64,000 bases of DNA from Nitrospirota bacterium (lineage in GTDB: Bacteria > Nitrospirota > UBA9217), in the NCBI GenBank assembly GCA_963840455.1, contig CAWIYV010000009.1, positions 320,001-384,000 on the forward strand. The letters are read 5' to 3'. A model generated the notes under the pieces. It was not told where the DNA came from and ran no database searches. It saw nothing but the letters and a program-made list of their open reading frames with translations. Position 1 is the first letter of the stretch, and each line of letters opens with the position of its first letter. Made by a program: the position numbers and the translations under genes. Of this stretch, positions 50,421 through 60,178 are shown one piece after another.

Positions 50421-52217
50421 TCACGCCGCGGTCGGCTGGTGATTGATGATCGCGTCGATCTCCGGAGCGTCGAGGGTCTCTTTCTCGAGGAGCGCCCTGG
50501 TCAGGGCATGGAGCGTTTCGACGCGTTCGGAGATCAGCTTTTTCGCGCGGGCATAGTTCTCCATGACGATGCGCTTCACTTCATTGTCGATCTCGACGGC
50601 AATATGTTCGCTGTAGTCCCGGTGCTGCGATATCTCGCGGCCCAGGAAAATCTGCTCTTCCTTCTTGCCGTAGGTCAGGGGGCCGAGCTTATCGCTCATG
50701 CCCCATTCGGTGACCATCTTCCGGGCAAGATTGGTGGCCCGTTCGAGGTCATTGCCGGCGCCGGTGGTCATGTGGTTCAGGGCGATCTCCTCGGCGGCGC
50801 GGCCGCCCAGGAGGATGGCGATGTTGTTTAGCAGGTGCTCGCGGTCGTAGGAGTACCTGTCTGCCGTGGGGAGCTGGAGCGTGACACCCAGGGCCATGCC
50901 GCGCGGGATGATGGAGACCTTGTGCACCGGGTCGGTCCCCGGGATGAGCCGCGCCACCATGGTGTGGCCTGCCTCGTGGTAGGCGGTGTTCTTCTTTTCC
51001 TCATCGCTGATGATCATGCTCTTGCGCTCGAGGCCCATCATGATCTTGTCCTTGGCATGCTCGAAGTCTTCGTTCTCGACCTGGGACTTGGCCGCTCGGC
51101 CGGCGAGCAGGGCCGCTTCGTTCACGAGGTTCGCCAGATCAGCGCCGGACATGCCGGGAGTGCCGCGGGCAATGGCCTCGAGGTCCACCTGGGGCGACAG
51201 CTTTATCTTCTTGGCGTGCACCTTCAGAACGCCGATCCGGCCGTTTAGGTCAGGCCGCGGAATGACCACCATCCGGTCGAACCTGCCGGGCCGGAGGAGC
51301 GCCGGGTCGAGCACATCGGGCCGGTTCGTGGCCGCGATGAGGATGACGCCGTCATTCGATTCGAACCCGTCCATCTCCACGAGGAGCTGGTTCAGCGTCT
51401 GTTCGCGCTCATCGTGCCCGCCGCCGAGGCCCGCGCCGCGGTGCCTGCCCACTGCGTCGATCTCGTCGATAAAGATGATGCAGGGTGCGTTCTTCTTGCC
51501 CTGCTCGAAGAGGTCGCGGACGCGGCTTGCTCCCACGCCCACGAACATCTCGACGAAGTCGGAGCCGCTGATGGAGAAGAAGGGTACGCCTGCCTCGCCG
51601 GCGATGGCCCGGGCCAGGAGCGTCTTGCCCGTGCCCGGAGGCCCCACGAGCAGCACGCCCTTGGGGATCTTGCCGCCCAGCTTCTGGAACTTCTGGGGAT
51701 CCTTCAGGATCTCGATGATCTCCTGGACCTCCACCTTGGCCTCGTCCATGCCGGCCACCTCGCTGAAGGTGATCTTCTTGGTGGTCTCGTTCAGGAGCTT
51801 GGCCTTGCTTTTGCCGAAGGACATGGCCTTGTTGCCGCCCATCTGCATGTTCCGGACGATGAACATGAACCAGAAGACCATGAGGATGAGAGGCGCCCAG
51901 ACCACGAGGAAGTTGTACCAGGCGGATTCCTTCACCTGCTCCGCGTTGATCCTGATGCCCTTTGTCCGGAGCTCCTTCACGAGATCGGGGTAATCGGGCA
52001 GGGTGGTCTTGAAAGACTTGCCGGTCTTGTAGTTGCCGGTCAGATCGAGCCCCTTGATCGTGACATCGTTCACCTCGCCTTTCTCGACCTTGTCCATGAA
52101 ATCGCTGAAGGGGATCTGGACCGCCGAGGGGGCGATGGGGTTGAACAGGTTGAATACGAGCACCGAAACTACGACGAACAGCAGGATCAGTGCAATGTTC
52201 TTATACATGGCGCTCAC
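50421..52217 (-). CDS. ftsH: ATP-dependent zinc metalloprotease FtsH
   Basis: Two TM segments, [22 protein letters not shown]. Confidence 0.97.
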   Translation of the reverse strand: MSAMYKNIALILLFVVVSVLVFNLFNPIAPSAVQIPFSDFMDKVEKGEVNDVTIKGLDLTGNYKTGKSFKTTLPDYPDLVKELRTKGIRINAEQVKESAWYNFLVVWAPLILMVFWFMFIVRNMQMGGNKAMSFGKSKAKLLNETTKKITFSEVAGMDEAKVEVQEIIEILKDPQKFQKLGGKIPKGVLLVGPPGTGKTLLARAIAGEAGVPFFSISGSDFVEMFVGVGASRVRDLFEQGKKNAPCIIFIDEIDAVGRHRGAGLGGGHDEREQTLNQLLVEMDGFESNDGVILIAATNRPDVLDPALLRPGRFDRMVVIPRPDLNGRIGVLKVHAKKIKLSPQVDLEAIARGTPGMSGADLANLVNEAALLAGRAAKSQVENEDFEHAKDKIMMGLERKSMIISDEEKKNTAYHEAGHTMVARLIPGTDPVHKVSIIPRGMALGVTLQLPTADRYSYDREHLLNNIAILLGGRAAEEIALNHMTTGAGNDLERATNLARKMVTEWGMSDKLGPLTYGKKEEQIFLGREISQHRDYSEHIAVEIDNEVKRIVMENYARAKKLISERVETLHALTRALLEKETLDAPEIDAIINHQPTAA

Positions 52218-52269
52218 CGATGATGACCTCCTGGGTTAACGGGGTGTTCCTATTTTTTATACTAACACA

Positions 52270-52320
52270 TTGACGCCCCTGCAGCAAGCTGCGGGGTTAG
52301 CGAGCGATCCTGGATTTACG
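52270..52320. repeat. short rearranged copy of the palindromic miniature element
   Basis: CCCTGCAGCAAGCTGCGGGG hairpin plus TTAGCGAGCGAT and CCTGGATT pieces shared with the 52966 copy. Confidence 0.7.
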
Positions 52321-52336
52321 GGAAGGCTTACAACAG

Positions 52337-52882
52337 CTATCCCTGCCGCTCTTCCTGCTCATCGTAGGGCATGACGGCGATATAGGGCAGGTTCCGGTAG
52401 CGGTCCTTGTAGTCCAGACCGTATCCCACCACATACTTGTTGGGGATGCGGAACCCTGCGTAGTCCGCCTCGATCTGCACCTTCCTCCGGTCCGGCTTGT
52501 CCAGAAGGACGCAGACCTTCAGGGACTCCGGTCCCCGACCCTGCAGCATCTTCTTGAGATAGTCGATGGTCACACCGGAGTCCATGATGTCCTCCACGAG
52601 CAGGACATGCTTGCCCCGGATGTCCTCCTTCATATCGGCAAGCATCGTGACGGGGCTGCCGACCTTCGAGGAAGAGCTGGTGCAGTGGATGAAATCCATC
52701 CGCACCGATATGCGGAGCGAACGGAGCAGGTCGGACATGAAGAATAAAGCGCCCTTGAGCACGCCAACGACGAGCAGGTCCTTTTCTGCATACTCCGTGG
52801 AGATCCGGGATCCGAGCTCCTGGATTTTCCGCTGGATCTCCTCACGGGTAAAGAGCGGCTTGCCGAAATCGATCCCTACCAT
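52337..52882 (-). CDS. hpt: hypoxanthine phosphoribosyltransferase
   Basis: VLKGA, PRPP loop LLVEDIMDSGVT, VVGYGLDY...RNLP; RBS GGAGG before MVGIDF. Confidence 0.92.
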   Translation of the reverse strand: MVGIDFGKPLFTREEIQRKIQELGSRISTEYAEKDLLVVGVLKGALFFMSDLLRSLRISVRMDFIHCTSSSSKVGSPVTMLADMKEDIRGKHVLLVEDIMDSGVTIDYLKKMLQGRGPESLKVCVLLDKPDRRKVQIEADYAGFRIPNKYVVGYGLDYKDRYRNLPYIAVMPYDEQEERQG

Positions 52883-52965
52883 TGAACAACCTCCAAATAA
52901 TCCGTAAAGCGTCAGGGGCGAGGAGTGGGGCGACGACAGGCAGCTGTTTCCCTTATCCCTTGCCA

Positions 52966-53081
52966 TTGAAGCTCCCTGCAGCAAGCTGCAGGAAATCTTC
53001 GATCCTCAGGGTAGTATGTTCATCCTAATCGCTCGCTGACCCCGCAGCAAACTGCGGGGAATGCGCTCGCTCCTGGATTCA
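52966..53081 (+). mobile_element. palindromic miniature element (REP/PATE-like), longest copy
   Basis: TTGAAGCTCCCTGCAGCAAGCTGCAGG...CCCCGCAGCAAACTGCGGGG...GATTCA: two related hairpins, TGAA/TTCA ends. Confidence 0.7.
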
Positions 53082-53085
53082 CGAC

Positions 53086-54522
53086 CTACCGTGTCCTTCG
53101 CACTCGAACCACCAGCAGTTTCTTCGTTTCCGGCCCCGGCAGGTACCGTCCGTCTGTCCTCATGCCGACGACCCAGACGAGGTCCTGTTCCGTGGCGAGC
53201 AGGGGCACGGCCGCGCGTCTGAACCGCGGCACCTTCTCATCCACGAAGTAGTCCTGAAGCTTTTTGCTCTTCCCCTCCATGCCCGCGGGGCAGAACCAGT
53301 CACCCACCCGCCTGCTTCGCAGGTACAAAGGCAGCGCTATCTTATCATAATCAAATTGTGCCTGCCACAGATAATTTTCATCGAACGACCCCTCGTCGTC
53401 ATCGCCCGTCCTCTGATGGGAAGGTAATCCACCGTCAAGGTCGAGGGCTTCGCGCACCTGAACTTCCACCTGCAGGCCAGTTCCGGGGACGTCGGTCCTG
53501 CCGGGAACCGCAAGGGGTGTGCTGAGCTCCTCGACGCGTTCCCGCTGCCGGATGAGAAATGAATCATATTCCCGCGCAAGGGAAAGACCGCCGGGAAGCT
53601 CCATCATCCTGCCAGTCTGGGCCTCTGCCATGAAGGCGATGGCTTCTTCGGTCCGGACCGAGGACAGACCGGGCGTCTCTTCGCCGTTGGACAGGGCAAG
53701 GGCATTTCGCAGCACCCGCCGCCGGAGCGCCGGCAGGAGGCCGTTGAACTCCGCCCGGACGATGCGGACAGCCTCGCCGTCCTGCCGGACCGTGCGGTCC
53801 ATGACGTCGGCCAGGGAGGCCTCCATGGCGGTGTCCTCGTCCCGGAGGACCTCCGCCGCCGTGGCGAGGGCCTCCACGATGCGCGGGTTGAAGCGCTCGA
53901 GGACGGGGAGGACCTCCTGCCGGACGCGGTTCCGGGTGTAGAGCGGCTTCAGGTTGGATGGGTCCGTGACGAAGTCCTGGCCGTTCTCCTTCAGGTATGT
54001 CAGGACCTTTTCCCGCGTTACGTCAATGAGCGGCCGGATGATGTTCTCCCGGACCGGCGGGATGGCCGAGAGGCCGGTCACACCCGCGCCCCGGATGAGC
54101 CTCATGAGGAGCGTCTCGGCCTGGTCATTTGCCGTATGGCCGAGAGCGATACGATTCGCACCGGCCGCATCGGCGACATGCTGCAGGAACCGGTAGCGGA
54201 CCTCGCGGCCGCCGACCTGGGCAGAAAGCCCCCGTTCACGGGAGTAGGCGGGGACGTCGGATGATTCGATCGTCGCCGGCAGGCTCCAGCGGGCGGCCAA
54301 GCCCCGGACGAACTGCGCTTCAGCTGCCGATTCTTCCCCCCGGAATCGGTGATCCAGATGGGCCACGTGGAGCGTCAGTTCGTATTCCGGCATGAGCGCC
54401 AGCAGGGCGCGGAGCAGGCAGACCGAGTCAGGACCGCCCGATACCGCCACGACTACCCGGTCTCCGGGCGAGAGCATGCGGTGTTTGTTGATGGTCTCTT
54501 TGATCTTCAACAGGAGCATCAT
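53086..54522 (-). CDS. tilS: tRNA(Ile)-lysidine synthetase
   Basis: AVSGGPDS, HLDHRFRG, GHTANDQAET, RPL, RNRVR, KKLQDYFVDEKVP. Confidence 0.96.
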   Translation of the reverse strand: MMLLLKIKETINKHRMLSPGDRVVVAVSGGPDSVCLLRALLALMPEYELTLHVAHLDHRFRGEESAAEAQFVRGLAARWSLPATIESSDVPAYSRERGLSAQVGGREVRYRFLQHVADAAGANRIALGHTANDQAETLLMRLIRGAGVTGLSAIPPVRENIIRPLIDVTREKVLTYLKENGQDFVTDPSNLKPLYTRNRVRQEVLPVLERFNPRIVEALATAAEVLRDEDTAMEASLADVMDRTVRQDGEAVRIVRAEFNGLLPALRRRVLRNALALSNGEETPGLSSVRTEEAIAFMAEAQTGRMMELPGGLSLAREYDSFLIRQRERVEELSTPLAVPGRTDVPGTGLQVEVQVREALDLDGGLPSHQRTGDDDEGSFDENYLWQAQFDYDKIALPLYLRSRRVGDWFCPAGMEGKSKKLQDYFVDEKVPRFRRAAVPLLATEQDLVWVVGMRTDGRYLPGPETKKLLVVRVRRTR

Positions 54523-54600
54523 GAATCTAGGAGCGAGCGATTAGGATAACACTACCCTGAGGATCGAAGATTGCCCGCAGCTTGCCGCAGGGAGCTTCAA
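54522..54600 (-). mobile_element. inverted, internally deleted copy of the palindromic miniature element abutting the tilS start codon
   Basis: Reverse complement reads TTGAAGCTCCCTGCGGCAAGCTGCGGGCAATCTTCGATCCTCAGGGTAGT...TCGCTCCTAGATTCA, matching 52966-53081. Confidence 0.75.
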
Positions 54601-54604
54601 CGTT

Positions 54605-54702
54605 GCGACGAGAGACGAGCGACGCGTGACAAGAAACAATAACGATGACAAGCGACGCGCAACGAGGTTCGGGCCAAAGGACGTTACCCGTCTCTCGTCG
54701 TT
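54605..54702. repeat. degenerate heptamer repeats (GCGACGA-like) with an inverted partner
   Basis: gcgacga-gagacga-gcgacgc-gtgacaa...atgacaa-gcgacgc-gcaacga, then cgtctctcgtcg. Confidence 0.55.
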
Positions 54703-54771
54703 CAGTAACGGCACGATGCCATTATACCGGAGAACGGGACAGGAGGGAACGGAAATGAACGGGGAGGAAAG

Positions 54772-54789
54772 AAATGGTGGCGGTGCAGG
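54772..54789 (-). repeat. duplicated tRNA-Met 3' end (distal att site)
   Basis: AAATGGTGGCGGTGCAGG is identical to 59105-59122. Confidence 0.85.
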
Positions 54790-54989
54790 CAATCCAATAG
54801 GTAATATAATTGATTGTAATAACTTGCTATTTATCAATTCAATTTTGCTTGATTCCCCACCCGGTTCCCCAGCATCATGGGTTCGTTTCCTGAAAGCATC
54901 CAGCATACCCCCGATGAGACTCATAGAGTCCCCCTCGAGTTTTTCTTGTCAGAAGTTCACGCATCGCGCTCACTCACTTTGGTGAATCT

Positions 54990-55457
54990 TAAAAATCCGT
55001 AGACCGACTTTACCTTGGCAATAAGATCATCGTGAATCTTCTTATAATATTCGACAACGCAGGCAGTTCTTCTTTCGGTGGATAATAATTCCCTGAGCCT
55101 GATATATAACCTGTATCGAATTCAGTCTTAATCTTGCCATCTTTCACATAAACCGCCATCGAATAATTAACATCGACAGGCACGGAACTTTTCAGTGTAG
55201 GGTTATATATATACTGATAGGTATAAATTGCTTTTACAATGATGATACCAGCATCTTTATCCTGCATTTGAATGACATCCTTGGCTGAACGAAAATTCTT
55301 TGCTATCCATTCATTTGCTGATGCATAAGCATCACTCTTCGTTTTAGTATGCTCGTCAATGTATGTAATTGTTTTTTCTTTCGGATCGAAAGTTTCAGGG
55401 TACTTCGGCGTAACCATGCATGCACTAATAAAAATAGTTGTCATACTATCAAAGTCA
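54990..55457 (-). pseudogene. DUF4468-like lipoprotein, frameshifted at both ends
   Basis: ISAC lipobox; 'ANEWIAKNFRSAKDVIQMQDKDAGIIIVKA'; a plausible C-terminus lies in another frame. Confidence 0.55.
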
Positions 55458-55541
55458 TATTTATCGCTTTTCCCAACAAGATAGAAGTTGCGCCGCCAGC
55501 ATCACCAGCGACGTTTAATTTCAAAGTATTTTTTTTTAAAC

Positions 55542-55990
55542 GCCACATTCAACTCTGAAGTGCAACAAGTGAGCGAGCAACTTCCAACGGTGTTTTGAAG
55601 CTAGGCACTTTCTGGGTCGGTTGTTGATGAGCTTCTCGATTTTCTTTATTTGCTCTTTGTCAATCTTACTGAAGTCAGTACCCTTTGGCAAGTAGCGTCG
55701 GATGAGGCCGTTGATCTGCTCATTGATCCTCGTTGCCATGCCGCATAGGGATGGGCAAAGTAGCATTTGATGCCAAGCGTAGCTGACAACTCCTCGTGCC
55801 TGGCATTCTCAGTGCCGTTGTCCATGGTAAGCGTCCGTTTTGCCTCCACGGGCAACTTCTTGAGCGCTCGAGCGACCGCTTATTGGTTTCGGCAGCGGTC
55901 TTGCGTTCATTGGAAAGCGGAGGATGGTTTGCGCTGATTATGCTGTGCAAGGCAGACTTACTCTTGCGGAGACAGCGTATCGCTTTCAAT
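55542..55990 (-). mobile_element. IS30-family transposase 3' remnant with right end
   Basis: Across frames: TLTMDNGTE, YFAHPYAAWQRGS, NEQINGLIRRYLPKGTDF, NNRPRKCL; end sequence GTTGCACTTCAGAGTTGAATGTGGC. Confidence 0.85.
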
Positions 55991-56421
55991 GGAAATTGCT
56001 TTCGCTGATGAGACTTTGGCTGGCATAATGGAAATATTGGGAATTTGTTTTAGTATTTTCTCTTTTCTTGATGCGCGTTTTCGCTTTTCCGCAGAAACGT
56101 AACCAGGTAGTTCCTGCAAGGCCGTCACAGTCTCTTCTTAAGACGACAGCAATGATCTCGGGACAGTTGATCTTAAGCTTTCGCGGACGTACTGCTAATT
56201 TTTTGCTCTTGAGCAGCGGTATCATGACGGCTGTCAGTTTCTCTGATCTGATCGTTTCTGTGCCGGCAGGGCGTGTAACAGCTATACTGGAAGCGTTAGT
56301 ATAAGCTCGTGAGATGTGCCTTATCGGCTGATACCGGCAATCTCGGAAGGCTTTGCCTCCAATGCATTGATGCTATGAGCTCACGCTCTGTTTGGTAAGA
56401 TGAACATAGTTTTTGCATCTT

Positions 56422-56963
56422 CTAAAAGAGCCCCGCTTTCGACAGCTTATTTACAAGATCTTTGGCATAGGGTGGTACCTGGTCAAGGTAATGGCGAGGA
56501 TCGGTTGAGCCTTCCTGTATCTTCGTTTCCGCATCAGCGGACGAGATCAATTTGTTCGTATTCATGTCGTAGACATCTGTGTGCGTATTAATACATGGGT
56601 GCCCCGATGCATCCATTTTTGTGCCAGCGGGCCCGGTAATCAGTACGGTATCTGCACCGACTTCCTTTGCTAGTGCCGCTATAGCGTCCTTATCGGGCAC
56701 GACCTTATCGGGCGCAAAAGACCGAAGTATCTTACGACAGCATCTACCTTGTGATCCTTCAATGCCTTCACCACTTCGTCTTGGAAGAGCCTTCTAATCG
56801 AGGCATTTTGAAACGTACTGATTACAAGGATCTTTTCGGGATGCCCTTGATATGTCTCATCCTTCCACATAGAGGAGAATTTCGTCGACGTGGATGCGCA
56901 CGCAAGGAAGATAAACAACATGATGAACGCAGCGAATCGTATGGATAATCTTAAAATTCTCAT
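56422..56963 (-). pseudogene. frameshifted lipoprotein gene
   Basis: FLAC lipobox in ORF 56679..56963, continuing as ORF 56422..56700 (GADTVLIT). Confidence 0.55.
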
Positions 56964-57149
56964 TTTCCGATGCTCCTTACTTTATAACATAGGGTTTCCC
57001 TGAAGAGGCGACACGATTGACTATAACACAAGACGCCGACAATTTCAAACAGCAGAAACATAAGCGGACAATTCCTGCCCAGAAATGTCACTTTATGATA
57101 TAGTTACTAATAAGAACTGTTTCTGATGCATGAGAAGGGGGAATAACAA

Positions 57150-57239
57150 ATGACGATATCAAGGATTTTATCTATATTCGGTATCTTGTTTTTCCTTTTC
57201 TTGATTGCGGTTCCAGACACTTCGGCAACATGCACCTGA
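57150..57239 (+). pseudogene. signal-peptide ORF truncated at the IS3 end
   Basis: RBS AGGGGG, MTISRILSIFGILFFLFLIAVPDTSAT, then runs into the IS end and stops. Confidence 0.45.
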
Positions 57240-58400
57240 GTTTGGACAGTTAGCTTAGAGCAATCGGACAGGGTGCTTTTTGATTCAAGTTTATCAGCTT
57301 TGCCTCGTACTCAGCAGGCGGAACGTAATCCAGTGAAGCTTGCAGCACGCTTTCTGATTATACACTTGTTCGTTGAGTGGACGCTCGTACGAGAACGTCT
57401 CAGTGCGGTATGCTAAAGATGAGACCACTTCGGTCTTGAAGGTTTGCAAAAGATTTGCAAATGCGTTGTCGCAAAAAGTGCCCTTCGGAGACGCAGATCT
57501 GAAACCGGGCTGCGATGGACTGTAATTGCATGAGCTAGCAGAACTCGACACCGCGCTTCGAATGTGAACGCGTCGTGCAGGAGGGTTTCTGCTCTGAATC
57601 GCCATCCGAAGCGCTGAGAGGCTCAAGGATGTGTCGATAGTCCGCGAGAGGGCATATCCGATCGCCTTCCGCGAACAGAGGTCCAGATTGACCGCCAGGT
57701 ATACAAAGCCGACTGCAATCCGGATATAGGTGATATCGGCAACCCATACCTGATTGAGGCTGGTTACCTGCAGGTCTTTGGTCAGGTTCGGATATACGGG
57801 ATAAGGATGGTTGCTGTCAGTGGTTTTGACAAACTGCTTGGTATTCGTGACCAAGAGGCCCTTTTCCCGCATGATCCGGTGTACTTTCTTGTGGTTTACC
57901 GGGATGTCTTTCCGGTGCAGTTCACGGGTGACTTTCCGATACCCGTATTTCGGGAACTCTTCGGTGATCTCGTTCGAATCCGGTTGCCAGGGCCTGGTCC
58001 TCAAGGGAAAGCTCCTGGCTCTTGGAATGGTAATAATAGCTGCTTCGAGGGAGCTTCATGAGTTCGCATCCCCTCGTGACGGTTTTGATAAGGTCTCGAT
58101 GGTAGGCAATGAATTGCCTTTTTTCCGGGACTGATCGAAGCTTTGATGCAGCGCTTTTTTTAAAAACTGTTTTCGAGATGAGCTTTTCGAAGCTTGCTAA
58201 AATTATGCAATGCGTGCTTAAAAAGCTGCTTCCTTGGCGGAATAGGCTGCGAGCTGTATTTGACATACTGCTTTATCAATGATGCAGAACTCAGACACGG
58301 CTATGTCTGCGGCAGGCGGACTCCGATAACCCAGCAGATTTCGTGTACAACTTGAATATAGCAATTCGGTCTTTAAACTCTGCAATCGAAGCACTAGGCG
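57231..58400 (-). mobile_element. IS3-family element remnant (orfA/orfB, degraded)
   Basis: orfB: YGYRKVTREL, VNHKKVHRIM, NQVWVADITYI, YLAVNLDLCSRKAIG. orfA-like EFKDRIA near 58380. IR-like TGCACC..TTGGACA at 57231. Confidence 0.85.
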
Positions 58401-59045
58401 CCTGCACTGGTGCGCCCTAACTATGTAATAATTGGATCTAACGTCAGGGGGTGTTCTGGCAGACCGAACTCGCAGATCTTAACGCAAACGTGAGTGCGCG
58501 GTGAATACGGGAAAAATTTTTTCGTTTCAAGTTAGTCGATCTCGATACACAGGAGGTCGTTGCGGTATCCAGCGAGACACCAATTATCCGTCGGGGACTA
58601 CCCCAATCTGGTCCGATTGTACTTCCAATTATCATCCCAACTCGTTAGTAGGGTAAGATATCGCTATCATCCCTAAAAGCCCATCGCCACATTAGATGCT
58701 GGCGGTTCCTTCCGGGCCATCATGCCTTTGGCGGCTTCAAACCCTGCCAACTCTCTCGCCAACTTCGCCTCTGCGAATGCACAGATAACGGCGCTGTCAA
58801 GGTTGTCCCACACGACGCCTGCAACTCTTTTGTTACTTCCTGTATGCCCTAAAAATACCTCATCTATTACCAATAATCATTCTCGCATAGCAGGCGCAAC
58901 AATGCGCCTCGATTGCATCCCGGCGCGTGAGCTTGATCCCGTTCTTCAGCGGCCGTGATCAGCCTTACCATCTACACAAGACATAAGACCTCACTAAAGG
59001 ACGGTATTGGACTAACAGAACGATCAGGGAGGGGACATTATGACA

Positions 59046-59074
59046 ATAAAAAAGCCCCTGTTTTCAAGGGGCTT
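59046..59074 (-). terminator. intrinsic terminator downstream of tRNA-Met
   Basis: AAGCCCCT-tgaaaac-AGGGGCTT followed by TTTT on the - strand. Confidence 0.7.
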
Positions 59075-59107
59075 ATGTACTGCATTGAACTTTGTTGAAT
59101 AATTAAA

Positions 59108-59183
59108 TGGTGGCGGTGCAGGGACTCGAACCCCGGACACAGGGATTATGATTCCCCTGCTCTACCAGCTGAGCTACACCGCC
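59108..59183 (-). tRNA. tRNA-Met(CAT), probably elongator
   Basis: 76 nt GGCGGTGTAGCTCAGCTGGTAGAGCAGGGGAATCATAATCCCTGTGTCCGGGGTTCGAGTCCCTGCACCGCCACCA; G1-C72 paired, C3-G70, encoded CCA. Confidence 0.93.
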
Positions 59184-59206
59184 ACGGGTGAATTTGATAG
59201 GTGGTC

Positions 59207-59235
59207 AAAATACTCAATTACGGCTTTTTTGTCAA
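59207..59235 (-). promoter_or_regulatory. sigma70 promoter of tRNA-Met
   Basis: TTGACA-N17-TATTTT on the - strand. Confidence 0.65.
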
Positions 59236-59278
59236 GAAAAACCGTCGCCGCGCCCTTTGTATCGGGGGAGGCCGGGGG

Positions 59279-59917
59279 CTATTCCTTGAACCGGGTCTCT
59301 TCCTTCTGGATCTTCTCCATCTCTTCCTTCTGGGTCTTGCACTCGATGCAGTACCGGGCAAGGGGATTGACCTCGAGCCGTTTGATGCTGATCTCTCCGC
59401 CGCACTCCTCGCAGACGCCGTACGTATTGTTCTGGAGCTTGCGGAATGCGTCGGCGATGTCCTTGTATTGCTCGTACTTCATCTCGAGCAGCGAGTAGTC
59501 GATCCCCTGGTCCACGTCCTGGGACGACTGGTCGGCGCTGTCCATGGCTGAGTCGATCTTCTGGCCGGTCTCAAGCGTCAGCTTGCGGCCCATCTGGGCC
59601 TCCAGGCCGCGCACCACTTCGTTCCGCTTCTTGAGAAGCAGCCCCTTGAGCACGTCCTTCCGTTTGTTCACGGCGGCGGACATCTTTGCCGGGGCGGCCG
59701 CTGCGGCCTTCGGGGCGGCCTTTGGCTTCTTGGTGGCGGTCCGTTTTACGGCCTTCTTCGCGGCTTTCTTTCCTGTTTTATTTGCCGTTCTTGTCACGGC
59801 TTTTTTTAACGTCTTTTTCTTCGCTGCTTTCTTTGCGGAGGCGCGTGCAGGTCTCTTGACCGATTTCTTTCCTTTGGTCGTTGCCGCCTTCTTCTTTGCT
59901 TTCTTTTTTACCGCCAT
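59279..59917 (-). CDS. dksA: DksA/TraR C4 zinc-finger protein with a Lys/Ala-rich N-terminal extension
   Basis: Coiled-coil tip DSADQS; YGVCEECG...KRL...P.ARYCIECK; RBS before MAVKKK. Confidence 0.8.
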   Translation of the reverse strand: MAVKKKAKKKAATTKGKKSVKRPARASAKKAAKKKTLKKAVTRTANKTGKKAAKKAVKRTATKKPKAAPKAAAAAPAKMSAAVNKRKDVLKGLLLKKRNEVVRGLEAQMGRKLTLETGQKIDSAMDSADQSSQDVDQGIDYSLLEMKYEQYKDIADAFRKLQNNTYGVCEECGGEISIKRLEVNPLARYCIECKTQKEEMEKIQKEETRFKE

Positions 59918-60178
59918 GATCCTTTTCTTCCTCCTGACCCTTATGCGTGTGGCAGAATGATAGTGCAGATGTGGCGCTGCAGGCCGCTTCGCCATTTTTT
60001 GAATGCCGGATATTATAGTAAGCTATGATGGTAAATTCAAGATAATTTATCAGGGTCTGCAAGAAAAATGACCTGCCTGCAGATCCGGCTGTTGCCAGGT
60101 TCAGTCAAGAATATAATGGCTAAGTATCTGGAATTCTGGTACTATTCGGCACTTAGACCGAGTCGAAGAGAGGGGAAC

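Larger units (their letters stand above)
54790..59107. mobile_element. decayed tRNA-Met-integrated genomic island
   Basis: Bounded by an 18-bp direct repeat; lower GC; contains IS remnants and frameshifted genes; no integrase recognised. Confidence 0.75.

Noticed and set aside
54541-54985. ORFs overlapping the miniature element and att site
   Set aside because: They translate repeat and att DNA and have no protein features.
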